From Octopus sinensis (lineage: Eukaryota), in NCBI RefSeq assembly GCF_006345805.1, contig NC_043009.1:2604001-2668000 (forward strand): DNA of 64,000 nt, read 5' to 3'. The notes beneath the pieces were generated by a model. That model saw only the letters and a list, made by a program, of their open reading frames with translations. It was not told the DNA's origin and did no database searches. Of this stretch, positions 27,101 through 40,601 are shown one piece after another; position 1 is the stretch's first letter, and every line of letters begins with the position of its first letter. The position numbers and the translations under genes were made by a program.

Positions 27101-27495
27101 AATCAGCTGAGAAAATAAGATGGAAGACGGGAATGAAAGTTGCGGGGTACACATAATGAATTTACAAATATGGAAGAGGAAACATAAGCTAAAATAAACT
27201 AAAGAGTGGCTAAGAACTAATACTAAAGAAAGGAAGTAGGGGAGTGGCTCTAAACCGAAGAAATGGACTGGCTTAGGGACTCGGGGTTAAAGAGTGAGAT
27301 TCTGTTTGTTCCTCTTACCTGCGAGACGTTACGCAAATTTTGCGTAATACCATGGACTAGGGACAAAATCGGAAGATGCTCATGTATGCCATGTGATTTG
27401 AATCTACTTTCTTTATAGTTCAAGCAAAAATCTGGCTACAGTAATCAGTGTGGCTTCAGCAAAACTGATCATTTAGCGTAGTTTATGACAGTTGT

Positions 27496-27745
27496 GTGGA
27501 GGCGCGTGGCTTAGTGGTTAGGGTGTCAGTATCATGATCGTAAGATTGTGGTTTCGATTCCTGGACCGGGTGACGCGTTGTGTTCTTGAACAAAAACACT
27601 TCATTTCACGTTGCTCCAGTCCACTCAGCTGGCAAAAATGAGTAACGCTGCGATGGACTGGCGTCCCGTCCAGCTGGGGAACACATATGCCATTGAAACC
27701 GGGAAACGGGCCCATGAGCTTGGCAAGGCGTTAAAAGGGCGCATT
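27496..27745 (+). mobile_element. tRNA-derived SINE (family D) with V-SINE-like central motif
   Basis: Head gtggaggcgcgtggcttagtggttag...gtttcgattcc; gcgatggactggcgtcccgtccag motif; tail gaaaccgggaaacgggcccatgagc. Confidence 0.75.
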
Positions 27746-27880
27746 AATTATTTATTATTATGATAGTTCTATGCATTAAGAATTCATCACAAAAAAAAAC
27801 CACACAACTATTATGGAAATGCGGTTTCTGTCATTAATAGTAAGTGAATAGATGAATGAAACAGATATAGTGTTACTCGT

Positions 27881-28194
27881 CGTGGAGGCACATGGCCTAG
27901 TGGTTAGAGCAGCGGACTCGCGATCGAGGGATCGTGGGTTCGAATCTCAGACTGGGCGATGTGTGTGTTTATGAGCGAAACACCTAAGTTTCTCGCGGCT
28001 CCGGCAGAAGGTAATGGCGAAACTTCTGCTGACTCTTTCGCCACAACTTTCTCTCACTCTTTCCTCCTGCAACTTGCAGCTCACCTGCGACGAACCGGCG
28101 TCTCGTCCAGGTAGGGAACCTATATGCCAAGGAAACCGGGAAACCAGCCCTTATGAGCCAAGCATGGCTCCAGAAGGAACAAACAAGAAAAACA
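27881..28194 (+). mobile_element. tRNA-Arg-like SINE (family C), full length, 12-bp TSD
   Basis: Head cgtggaggcacatggcctagtggttagagcagcggactcgcg; tail aacaaacaagaaaaaca; TSD agtgttactcgt at 27869-27880 and 28195-28206. Confidence 0.88.
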
Positions 28195-29640
28195 AGTGTT
28201 ACTCGTTCAAAGAACATTTGGAGAAAATTTAAGATCCAGAGTCTTCAAACCGACAACCTGATGAAATTGACACAAGCTATTTTATCCTCCTCGCAAAAAT
28301 CAGCAATTTCTTTTAATAAATACCCATGATAAATATTGAGATATTATCAAAATGAACAAGAGGTATATCGTTTTGGCTTTTAAAAAGTAAATTCATCTAC
28401 AAACAGTTATTTATTTGTAAGTATCTGACGGTGTATTTGTAACGATGTGATACAAAATTATATTATAACATATGCGCACTGCACATGGAAGGAACATTTT
28501 TCTATTTGAAATAACGTGAATATATAAAGAAGACGGATAAAAAAAAATCTTAAAATAAAACATAAATAAATAAATATCATTTCTCCGATAACATTAAAAC
28601 GTTTAAAGAAATAAAATTAGACACACACTTGTATGTTTGCTAAGGAATTTAGAATGTTGAAAAAATATTTCATTTTAACAACATTTTCACATATAATATA
28701 CATGTCTTTTTCATCTGCATTCTCAAAAATATAAGAAAAAAAAAACAAATATTTTTTTCTATCTCTCATAATAAAAGATATGAAATGAGGATAAAAACAA
28801 TAAAAAAAGTAGTAAGAAAAATAGTAATCGATTTGAAATTCATGTTATTTTTAATATGGCATCAATTGAATGGATTCCATTATGTTGTAAGTATAAGTAA
28901 ATATTTAGAATAAAGAGACAAACAATGTAAACTAAAAGCATATTCGGAATCTTTTTCTTGGTACTTACATAATTTAAGACATCAGAAATGTTTTATCCGA
29001 AGATTCGTCGGATTGACAAACACATGCAAACATAAACACACTCATGAGTGCACGAATGCATGCGTGCGCGCACACACAGAGTCACACACACACGGGCATA
29101 TAAAAACACACGCAGATACAAACATACAGATATACACACATACATACACAGACACATAAACAGACCATACACACTGATATATATAACAAAAATAATATTT
29201 CTCTCTCGCACACAAACGCACACACTAACACAAACATACACTAAAATAAGTCTATAAATATATACACAAGTGTAAACACACACACGCATATGGATATATT
29301 TATTTATATACACACGTACGTGAATTTATATGTAGAAGGTCTCGCATACAATCACCAAATATTTATGCATATACATACAAACACACTCATATATAATATT
29401 CTTACACACCTATACATTTACACACAGAAAGACACACATATACGGATGTATATATACATATATATAACCATGTCCGTGTGCATATATATTCACACATACG
29501 TATATAGATACATATATACAGATATAAATATATATAAATATATACGCATATACATTCATATATGTATATATATATATATATATATAAACGTGGTGCGCAT
29601 AAAAAGTTATATACGTAAATATTTGTATATATGCATATAA

Positions 29641-29672
<32 letters not shown>

Positions 29673-29771
29673 GTATATATACATGTATGTATGTACGTCT
29701 ATATATATATGTGTATATATATATGTATATATATGTATGTATATATATGTTTGTATATATATATATATGTT

Positions 29772-29804
<33 letters not shown>

Positions 29805-29867
29805 ATATATATATATATGTACATCTCTATATCTATACATCTACACATATACATTTATACACATATA

Positions 29868-29921
<54 letters not shown>

Positions 29922-30320
29922 TATATATACCATAAACATTTCCATCTGGCGAAAACCACCAGGAATGAAATGCCGCTACCTTCCTAGGAACAACACAGAA
30001 CCACATGTATATATGTGAATATGTATGTGTACATATTACACGTACATCTCTATATCTATACATCTACACATATACATTTATACATATACATCTATATGTA
30101 TAGAAATAAATGTATATATGTACAGCTATACACGCATACACACACACACACATATATATATATATAGGTGCGGGTCTGGCTGTGTGGTAATGTCGTTCCA
30201 AAACACAAGGCCCTGGGTTTAAATTTAAATTTTAAATAATAAGGATGAATAATTGAATATTAATTTGATTAATATGAATTACAAACCAGTGGTGTATCAT
30301 ATAAGACCATACCGGATATT

Positions 30321-30657
30321 CTAGCAAAATGGATGTCCATTGTTAATGGTTCATCCCTCTTATATAATAGTTTGACTTTAATAGCTTCAGTATTAAAGTG
30401 AAAATATCTGACATTACAATAGAGAGATGTTTTTGTTTCACTTTTAACACGTAATACTGAAATAGTAGAGAAGATATGATATTGCTGTGGGCTCGCCCTA
30501 GGCAAGAAGTTAGAAATTTGTTTGCTCATGACACTACATCGACCCTAAGTAAGGCATGTGTAAAATTTGAATGAAATTGATTGTGTTGTTCTCAAGCTTT
30601 AGAGATTCACACAGACAGAAAAAAACACACACACATTCTCAGTTTTATATATATAGA
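30321..30657 (-). mobile_element. Helitron-like non-autonomous element
   Basis: Minus strand starts a|TCTATATATATAAAACTGAGAATG and ends ccattttgCTAG, matching Helitron 5'-TC and 3'-CTAG termini; the 3' flank is A, not the expected T. Confidence 0.5.
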
Positions 30658-31204
30658 TTGCTTATATATTTTTACACATAATTTTTCTCTATTCTACCTT
30701 CCACCCTGCATTTTCCCTGTGCGTATATAGACGTGTATATGGAATCTTTTGTGCGCGTGTGTGGATGTGTGCGTGTGTGCTAGTATGTGCGTGCGTGCAT
30801 GCGAGAATGTGCGTATATAGACATGTGTATGAAACCCTTTTGGTGCGCGTGGGTGTGTGTGAGTTTGTATATATATATATATATATATATATTTGTCGAA
30901 TGGTGCGGGTGAAATTGTGTACGTTTCAAGTGAGGGTGGATGAGTGTATACTTTTAGGCGCATGCACGTGGGTGTGCAGGCGGGCATTTGTAGGTATGAA
31001 CATGCGCGCTTGCGCAAATACTATGAGCTTTTTACCCCCTTAATTTTACTCCCTCCCCTCACTCATTCAAATAGCTCTTTTCTCTTAATAACGGTCAATC
31101 ACACAGTAATTTCTCTTTGTATAACGGGCATATTTCATAGCAATTTTTCCGATGGCCAGATAACTGATGGTGATATTGATTTCCATCTCAACATCCGAAA
31201 CACG

Positions 31205-31310
31205 TGAAATAATGTGTGTTGCTCAAGAATACAACACTCAGACTGGTCGGGGAATCGAACTCACTATCTCGTAATTGTGAACCTGACGTCTAACCACTGA
31301 GCCATGCAGC
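31205..31310 (-). mobile_element. SINE tRNA-like head fragment
   Basis: Reverse complement reads gcatggctcagtggttagacgtcagg...gagttcgattcccc. Confidence 0.6.
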
Positions 31311-32666
31311 TTTCAACAAAATTTCAAGAAAATTATCAAACCATAGGCTTGGATCTAGACCTAGTCATTGCAATAGTTTATTTTTTCCAAATCTGGCAAA
31401 ACCTGGAATTATCGTAGCTATTATGAAATCCCTGCACTTGCTAAAATACAAGTAACCTGATTATCAGAAAATAAACTACTTATATGGTGCAGAACGCATT
31501 ATATGATCTAAATTTATTGATATTCCTATACATTTAGTCACATTCGCTTCTTTGAATATACTTAAGCAAGTGGCCTATTGGTTAATGCGTTGAACTCAGT
31601 GTCACGATATTGCGGTTTCAATTCCAGTACCGTGCAGCGAGTTGAGATTTTGAGCAGAACACCTCACATGAAGTTGCTCATTTAGTCATATGATATGTGG
31701 CACACCATGAACCTGTACACGTATAGTCAATTTTATCGTATTATTGCGCTCATGTGCCGCACAAATATTTGATCATGATAAACAAATCGTCTGTTCAGGT
31801 TGTTCGACAAAAAACTGTGGAATCGACTTTCTCACTTTCCCCGACTCGAGAGAAAAGCAAGAAGAAATTATAGCACGGGGTAACAAAAAAAAAGCCCGTC
31901 CCATGACCGGTTGATATTCTAACGTAACAGATAACATTAAGTTAAACGGAATCCAGCAGATAATATTTTAGTAGAAATTGCATAACAGATTTAGACATAG
32001 ATATGTATGAAATACAAAGTGGTTATTCGGTTGGAACCTTGTTTGTTCACACTTTTAGTGTTATTCAGTGCTTATTAAAAACAAAACTACCACAAAATCA
32101 ACAGTCTGTACAATATGTTACTGAAGAAAACGACATTGGAAACAAATGGTAATTTATCAGTTCTAAAACGCTTCCCAGTGACGTTTTATCGGCACAATCT
32201 TTTTTAATGAATGCCGAAGAGAAATAACAATTGATAGACGTATAAATGCGATTAGTGGGGTGGCCTGTATGCAAATTACCATAACTGGTTTGACTAATTT
32301 CAAGCGGAACTCTTTACTGAGTTTTGTACTTGTGAGAAAAATTGACACCACGACCACTCGTGTGAGACACGTGACCAAGCAGATAAAATTTTAGTGGTTC
32401 TTTTTATTATAAAATATATTTATGGAAATATGACAATATATTTTCCTAAGCATCTAGCTCTATGAAATATGTATTATGAGTCAAGAGCACTTGTTTTGTA
32501 TAACCGAAATGCACACGTGTCGAGTGTCACACTTTTACACCACGTGCACATAAAGCATCTACAAAATCAAAAAGAATCATGTGCACATACATTATATATA
32601 TATATAAACGCACACAGACACACAGACACACACACAAACAACACACATACACAAAAACACACACAC

Positions 32667-32752
<86 letters not shown>

Positions 32753-32953
32753 GATGGTTTCCTGCGTGAGAAGAGGTTCACAAATGGAACCAATGATGAA
32801 AGTGCTTTCAAAGAGTTCATCAGCTCCGGACTCCAGATTTTTGTGTTACCACAATAAAGAAACTTGAAACTCGTTGGCAAAAATGTGTTCATTGCAAAGG
32901 TACTTACTGTGACGAAGAAAATTTCCGCATTGTTGAAATATATTGTGATGAAG

Positions 32954-33208
32954 AAATCGACCCCAGGACTTACTCTTTGTAAGCCTAGTACTTATTCTTT
33001 CGTCTCTTTTGCCGAACCGCTAAGTCACAACCAAGTAAATACACCAACACCAGTTGTCAAGTGGGGGACAAATACATACATAAAACATATATATATATAT
33101 GTATATATATGATGGATATATTTCAGTTTCCATCAAGCAAATCCACTCACAAGGCTTTTGGGTCGGCCCGAGGCTATATTAAAAGACACTTGCTCAAGGT
33201 GCCACGCA
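32954..33208 (-). mobile_element. SINE family B, partial
   Basis: ttttgccgaaccgctaag and gtcggcccgaggctat...gacacttgctcaaggtgccacgca, reverse complements of the family B body and core. Confidence 0.8.
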
Positions 33209-33261
33209 TATATAGGTATATGTATCTTACATTATGGACAAAAATACATTCACTCTAGACA

Positions 33262-33440
33262 TTCTTTTCTACTCTAGGCACAAGGCCCAACATTTTTGGA
33301 GTGGTGGGGGCCAGTCGATTATATCGACCCCAGTACGCAACTGGCACTTATTTAATTGACCCCGGAAGGATAACAGGCAAAGTCGACCTCGGAGGAATTT
33401 GAACTCAGAATGTAAAGATAGACGAAAAACCGCTAAGACT
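33262..33440 (-). mobile_element. SINE family A, partial
   Basis: ggcaaagtcgacctcggaggaatttgaactcagaa. Confidence 0.8.
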
Positions 33441-33726
33441 TGCATAATTTCTATACGTTCATAAAACAAATTGCAAATGTACATATAGAGACAGCTGTCT
33501 GAGAATGATTTCCATTCATTTCAGTTTTCGCCTTGACGAATTCGATACAGTGATTTTACATGACTTCCTCTAGACATCCTGAAACGTTTCCATCGCCGTA
33601 ATTCTGCTTAGAAAAAAAAACACAAAAACTGGCCGTTCTCAACGAATGTCAAAAATTGAATACTGAGTCAAATCTATTTCGAAAATCACGAGGTTTTGGA
33701 AATACATACACACACACAAACACACA

Positions 33727-33785
<59 letters not shown>

Positions 33786-34358
33786 TGTACGTATGTTTAC
33801 GAAAATTATGCGCAACATACATTTCGACAAACCTGTAGCGATGTTTGTTCAAAAAACTTATTTACATTGTTAGATTTTCCTTCTGCTATATTAAATATAC
33901 ATAATCATTTGCGCTTACGTAATTTAATGTATGTATATATATATGTATATATACATCTTAATAATTATGTATATATACAATTTTATGTGCACATATACAA
34001 ACACACATATGTATATCTGTGTATCTCTCTATTTATATGAATAAATTTTTTTCAGTGAAATTAATATTGTCATCTTTTACTGCCGCTCGTTTTCCGAACT
34101 CCAAATTGTTAAATTCCATATATAACATGCGTTCATCTCACAATGTTGTTGAAATCCAATTATAGAAGCTTTTCAAGTATTTCTGAGGAACTAAACGAAA
34201 ACGAATTTAACAAACCTGCTGTATAGTTTTCCTTTGTGCTTTCTCTTTTTTATTTCCTATCGGGAAGCTTGAAATAGGAAATATTTAATTCCCAGAAATC
34301 CAAACTCCTGCCAGTTCTAGCAAATGATATATAAATATATACGTGCATAAACATACTC

Positions 34359-34420
<62 letters not shown>

Positions 34421-35946
34421 ACGCTTGAGTGTGTACATGTGTTTGAGTTTAATGAGAATTTACTTTCTGGTTTAGAATCATTTGAAAATATGCGTTGCTA
34501 TTTTAGTTAGAATTTTTTAAATTTAAATATTAATAATAAAACTAGCGATTCCTTTGTGATTTGCTTCGTGTTCGACGCGCTAATTGTTAAAACATTCCGA
34601 TGTTCTTCAATTGTCTATTTAGATTTCGAATATCAGATGAATGTTTGAAAGAAATATCATTTTAGCTTTATTAATTTGTTTTTTGCCCTTTATCCTCTAT
34701 TAGTCTTTTGAGTGTACCGGTGTCAAATAATTTGCAGGGAAATTAAGTTCCGGTATTTGTCATTAATCATATATACATTGTTTGATTATTCGAAAAACAA
34801 AAGTGAGAAGCTTGCAAATCATGGATCATGCGTTTATATTCTGCATTATAAGCTATTTGGAATTGAATGAAGATTTCTTTCCTTCTAATCGGTAAAACAC
34901 GATTCTGCTTGCAATGGCCTTCATTGAATTTGATAATTTCTATAATAATTTGTCAACGATGCAATATCAAATATAGAATCTATTAAACGGTTGGCATAAA
35001 CTGAAAAACAAAATATTGATAAAAACATTAATGATTTTATTATTGTTGATTGTAATGATAATGAAAAAGATGGATAGCTGTGTAATACAGATTTAACTTT
35101 CCATAAAATATAATTGAGTATTTTGTCACACATCACCAGTAAATAAAAATAGATATAAAGAGATATATATGCGAGGTGAATTTAAATGAGCATTTCGTAA
35201 GCATCAGCAAGAATTTCGGTTATATTTCATCTTTCATTCTAGATACTCTGGGCATACAGAAATTTTGCATAACCGTCATCTTCACTTCTGGAATTAATCG
35301 CTTATCTGCTTAAGTTTATCAAACATCCATTTTTACCTTAACGATATTTCATTGTATTTTATTATTTTTCAGGGAGAAAAAAAAAACAACGCTAACCAAA
35401 CATTTTTCACAAAACGCAACAAATAAATTAAACAGAAATAAAATGTAAAAATAGTTTAACATAAGTAGTAGGTTGGCAACTAAGTTCCCGCTGTTTTTTT
35501 TTTTTTTGTACTCAAATTCAACCACCTGCCTGGACGAGAAATTCCTATCTCTCCTGTGGGAAAAATGAAAAATAAAATTTCACTGATATTACGAATCGAC
35601 AGTATAAATGCATGAAGTATAATTCATGTCCATCTCTTTACTTTGTTTATGTTTCAAGTTGCAGCATGTTAAACATATGTTAAGCTTTCAGCTGCCGTAC
35701 ATGGAAGGAAGAAAAAAAGTTTAAAATAATAGTTACCATTGGCGTCTATCTCTTGAGTGGGAAAGTTATTGAATGAACTAGTTAATACGTTTAACCATCA
35801 AACTATGCGTGATGCTTGGAACAGCCGTCTAATTGCGTTGTGGGCATTTCTGCTGTACACAACATGCATTGCATGTCTAAAAGAGCAGGCTTTGATAAAA
35901 TATGGTCTCCACTGTGCTTAGATCGTTTTAATGATACAATATAGAC

Positions 35947-36098
35947 GTAGGTGTGGCTGTGAGTTAAGAAGCTTGCTTCCCAACCACATAATTGTGGGTT
36001 CAGTCCCACTACGTGTCATTTCGAGAAAGTGCCTTCTAGTAAAGCTTCAGGCGGACCAAAGCAATGTGAGGAAGTTTGGTACCTGGAAATGCCCGTCA

Positions 36099-36130
<32 letters not shown>

Positions 36131-36320
36131 TATGTGTATGTGTTTATGTGTGTGTGTGTGTTTGCATCTGTGTTTGTCATAACTCCATCGGTTGACAACC
36201 GATGTTGGTATTTTAACGTCCTCGTAACAGAGCGATTCGGCAAAAGAAAACGATAGAAGTACCAGGCTATATATATATATATATATTGATGTCGATTCAT
36301 TCTACTAAAAATTCTTCAAG
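35947..36320 (+). mobile_element. SINE family B
   Basis: Head gtaggtgtggctgtgagttaagaagcttgc...ggttcagtcccactacgtg, TA/TG linker, body ttgacaaccgatgttggt. Confidence 0.8.
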
Positions 36321-37028
36321 GCAATCTCAAGATTATTCAGATTATCCTACGTGTTGGCCTCAATAAGATCACAATATCAATAACCTGAGGAAGATTTAGT
36401 GCCAGCTTTATCATAACAAGTGACTCCCCTTTGGCGCAACATATATAAAAAATAAACACATTTGGAGTTTATAAAGGAATTTAAAAGCGTAGAAAGTGAG
36501 AGGTATACAACATGATAAATACCAATATATTGTGAATAACATTAGTCAGTCATCTTATATATGAAAAAAAAAAATCGCCTCATCGGAGGTACACAAATTG
36601 TTTAAAACAGGAATCCTAATAAAATCCAGTTTTGCATTCACTAAATCAATCATGTTTAGATAAACTTATCTCTGTATATTTTCCTTTCATTTGCTAAGAG
36701 TTTGTAGTATCTATATAATGTTTTTTTTTATAAAGAATATAACAGCGTTTACGCTATTTATCATCTTAAGAATAGAGTCGCTATATAGTACTCTGCTTGC
36801 AAAAGTTATACTATAATAATATATGTTCGAATCTTATATCAATCAGCGAATGATAATTAAACATGAATATATATATATCTATATATATATATATATATAG
36901 ATATATATATATATATTATATATATATGCACATAAAATCCCATAGATGCACGTAAGAATTGTGCTTAAAAAGATGCAACGACATAATAATTATGAATTAT
37001 TATACATTAGTATGGCAGTATGTGTTAA

Positions 37029-37109
<81 letters not shown>

Positions 37110-37366
37110 CATTCTCCTCTCTCTCTCCTCTCTCTCTCTCTTCCTTCTCTCTCTATCTCTCCCTGCTGTATACAAACACTTACAGATATAACCATACACA
37201 CAAACATACACACAGTTACATATCAACAGATAAACATAGCATTAGATCGGTGCATGCATATTGAGGTGTACATAATGCAACACCTAATGGTAAAATATAT
37301 ATATGCACAGCTAGGCTGTTAGGCTCAGGCGTGGGGTCAGGTGCAGAAGTGGCTGTGTGGTAAGAA

Positions 37367-37566
37367 CCGAGCTGGCAGAATCGTTAGCACGTCGGGCGAA
37401 ATGCTTAGCGGTATTTCGTCTGTCATTACGGTCTGAGTTCAAATTCCGCCGAGGACGACTTTGCCTTTCATCCTTTCGGAGTCGATAAATTAAGTACCAG
37501 TTATGCACTGGGGTCGATGTATGTCCCCTCTAAGATAAGCGTCTTGTGGGCAATAAAAAATAAGAA
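37367..37566 (+). mobile_element. SINE family A nested in the head of a family B SINE
   Basis: gtggctgtgtggtaagaa | gagctggcagaatcg...aataaaaaataagaa | acgtgctcc...ggcttcagtcc; possible short TSD taagaa. Confidence 0.75.
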
Positions 37567-37853
37567 ACGTGCTCCCTAAACACATGGTACCGGCTTCAGT
37601 CCTACTGCCACTTCAAATTCCCATAAGGGGAATTTCCAGTTACTAGCTCGGTGATGATAAAATGAACACCAGATGAGTACTATGATTGATGCGATCCGTC
37701 ATAATTCTCTGGCCTTTTGCCAAAATTAAAAAAAAGATAGGAACTATGAACTGCAGACAAAAATATAGAGAGATTTGCGTAGCTTTACCAACACTACAGA
37801 ATGCTCACACATGCATACACACATATCTATGTGCATAGAGATATGTAGTAGAT

Positions 37854-37887
<34 letters not shown>

Positions 37888-37970
37888 GTATGAATAATAT
37901 ATATATATATACATATATTCACATGCACACATATGTATGTATACATGCATATATATATATAATATATATA

Positions 37971-38010
<40 letters not shown>

Positions 38011-38134
38011 TATTATTATTATTATCATTTTGCAATTTACTTAATTATCGGTATATTATTGCTATTTTTTTTAAAATTTCTATTATATGTAATTTAATCG
38101 TTCATTTTGAATTAATAAAAGGTGTTTCTTTCTA

Positions 38135-38184
<50 letters not shown>

Positions 38185-38596
38185 ATTATATATATGCATA
38201 GGTACAGAGAAAATTTGCGAAATAAATAATTAGGAAGATAGATAGCAATGACTTTACATATATATATCAATGATCTTGGAGAGTATTCTGCTCGTATTAA
38301 ACCCTAAAGGAATTTAACAACACCATATATCGATGAATCTGACTTAATCGATAGCAAATCTTACTGTACGTAGATTATCAGCATAAATTCTTTAGTCCAC
38401 TTTAGAACTGATTTTCGAAAGTACTTCTGCGTATAATTGTCAATGTTGTAAGTATGAAACCTGTATTTTCCATTATTTCTTCTTCATACACAGGTAGAGA
38501 GAGAGAGAGAGAGAAATAAATACTCCACACAAACCCTCCTCACAAACACGGAAAGGCTCTCTCGCGCGCAACCGTTTGCACATACGCATCCTCCTG

Positions 38597-38597
<1 letters not shown>

Positions 38598-38680
<83 letters not shown>
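38598..38680. repeat. (ATCT)n microsatellite
   Basis: Direct reading; similar tracts at ~46723-46790 and ~61940-62060. Confidence 0.95.
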
Positions 38681-39113
38681 CCTATGCTAAGATGCTAGGA
38701 GTTTCCCTTGTCCAACGCCTGTATATATATGTACATACACAACCTGCACAAATTTATTGCTTTTCTCATGAAGGCTGAGTCTGAAATGTAAGTAATATTT
38801 CCCCTACTTTTAAGTGTTACACAAATAGAAGATTGATTATGGCTGACCATTCTTCGTAGGCACAATGTCTAATGTATCATATAATCCACTGTATCTATGT
38901 ACTCTTTTATTCTTCTATTTGTTTTAGTCATTTGACAGCGGCCATGCTGGAGTACCGCCTTCAGTTGAACGAGTCGAAATCAGGACCTATTTTTTGTAAA
39001 CCTAAAACTTATTCCATCGATCGATTTTACCGAAACGCTATTGTAAATACACCAACTTCGATTGTCAAGTGATGGCGAGGGAACAGACACAGACACACAA
39101 ACAGACATACTCA

Positions 39114-39151
<38 letters not shown>

Positions 39152-39243
39152 AATAAGTGTAGATCGTATGCGAGTGGGTATATATTTATAAAAAAGAAGT
39201 TTGAAAACGCCACTAAATAAGATAAATTTTAATTTTTTTAGAA

Positions 39244-39291
39244 ATTTTACACGTTTCGGTTCTTCTTGAAAAAACGAACCTTATCAAAAAT
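39244..39291 (-). ncRNA. Hammerhead ribozyme, U3-A8 variant (3' pLTR copy)
   Basis: attt-TTGATAA-ggttc(gttttttcaagaa)gaacc-GAAA-c-gt-g-TA-aaat on the minus strand. Confidence 0.6.
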
Positions 39292-39671
39292 ATTTTAAAA
39301 AGTTAAGTGTAATAAAAAAGTTCATAATTGTTTCTTACTGGTCCCAACAGAATCCACGTGGTTGTTTTTAGCTGTTTTATGTGTCCGAATGGTCAGTGGC
39401 TGAAATGGCAGTAGCAGCGATGACTGGTGGTCGTAGTTGTAGTAGTAACCGTGGTGGTGGTTGGGGTTGCAGCAGCTCATTGGCTGTAGCAGCTTAGCTG
39501 TGGTAGTTGCAGCAGCAGCAGTAGTGGGGGACTGTTGATCGTAGTAGTAATAGTAGTGACCATGGTCGTTGTAGTAGTAGTAATAGTAACAGCAGTCGTA
39601 GTGTTCGTGATGGTAGTGGTAGAATTCCACTTTTCTTTTCGGAAGAATATTGTTTTAATGTTCCTGGCCCA

Positions 39672-40517
39672 GGGTCTTCAAACTTGGTCCGAATTTTCTA
39701 ATGAAATAAAGTTCTTTATTTTGGCGATGAGTGAAGATACGCTGTCACTGAATTTGTAAAGTGGGCAAGTTGTGAATTTGGGATTTTTATTTGAAGCACA
39801 TCTATCTATGTGTTCGCTGACTGGTATTTTCCTGTATTCAGGATTTATAATTTGGGATTTATGCACCGCCATCCTTTTTCGTAAGCTGTTTTTTGTATGG
39901 CCTATATACTGCCTATTTCACCCTGTGCATGTTAAGACGTAAATTAAGTTTTCTGATGCACAGGTGATGTTTGTTCCGATGGTAAACTGATGGCCTTGTT
40001 CTAATGTGAATTCTGAAGCTTCTACCAAGATGACACAGATTCCGCAGTTGGGCTTACCACAATTTTTAACTGCTGGTTTTGTGGTTGTTGTTGAGTGCAG
40101 TTTAGCTTGGGTTAAAATCTTTTTTAAGGATTTTTGTTGCCGTTTACTGTTAATGATGGTGTGTGTTTCGAGGATCCGGTTCATCTTTGGGTCTCCCTTT
40201 AGTAGGGCTGTGCTTTGTAGTATGGTGCTGAGGGCCTCATTGTTAAGTGGGTTGTGTGTAGAGATGTAGGGTAGGGTTTTTAATGTTTCTTTCTTTTTTG
40301 GTTTTGTTTGTCTCAGGTCTTCTATACTTAATCCAAGTGCTCGTTGGATTGTACTGTCTATTAGGCGCTGTGGATAATTTCTATTTATGAGTGTAGTTCT
40401 GAGTTCCTGGAGACGTGTGTGTCGGGTGTTTATGTCTGATATTTTGGTGCAAATCATTCTGGCTAAACAGAAAGGGACATTTATTCTAGTGTGTTTGTTG
40501 AGACCAGTAAGAAACAA
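39672..40517 (-). pseudogene. PLE ORF 3' part: RT thumb, CGKPNCGIC linker and GIY-YIG endonuclease
   Basis: NVPFCLARMIC...NRNYP...LPYISTHNPLN...KRQQKSLKKIL...CGKPNCGIC...NLIYVLTCTG*NRQYIGHTKNSLRKRMAVH; one in-frame TGA at 39918-39920; frameshift before KELYFIRKFGPSLK. Confidence 0.9.
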
Positions 40518-40553
40518 TTATGAACTTTTTTATTACACTTAACTTTTTAAAAT

Positions 40554-40601
40554 ATTTTTGATAAGGTTCGTTTATTCAAGAAGAACCGAAACATGTAAAA
40601 T
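40554..40601 (+). ncRNA. Hammerhead ribozyme, U3-A8 variant (inverted pLTR copy)
   Basis: attt-TTGATAA-ggttc(gtttattcaagaa)gaacc-GAAA-c-at-g-TA-aaat; palindromic ACATGT stem III; predicted cut after 40597. Confidence 0.63.

Noticed and set aside
22520-27960. tRNA-like sequences at 22520-22612, 27496-27570 and 27881-27950
   Set aside because: These are SINE heads continuous with SINE bodies (two with clean TSDs), not tRNA genes.
32790-32830. CTGATGA on the minus strand and tgatgaa/ttcatca hairpin
   Set aside because: Stem II cannot form and there is no stem III or cleavage triplet.
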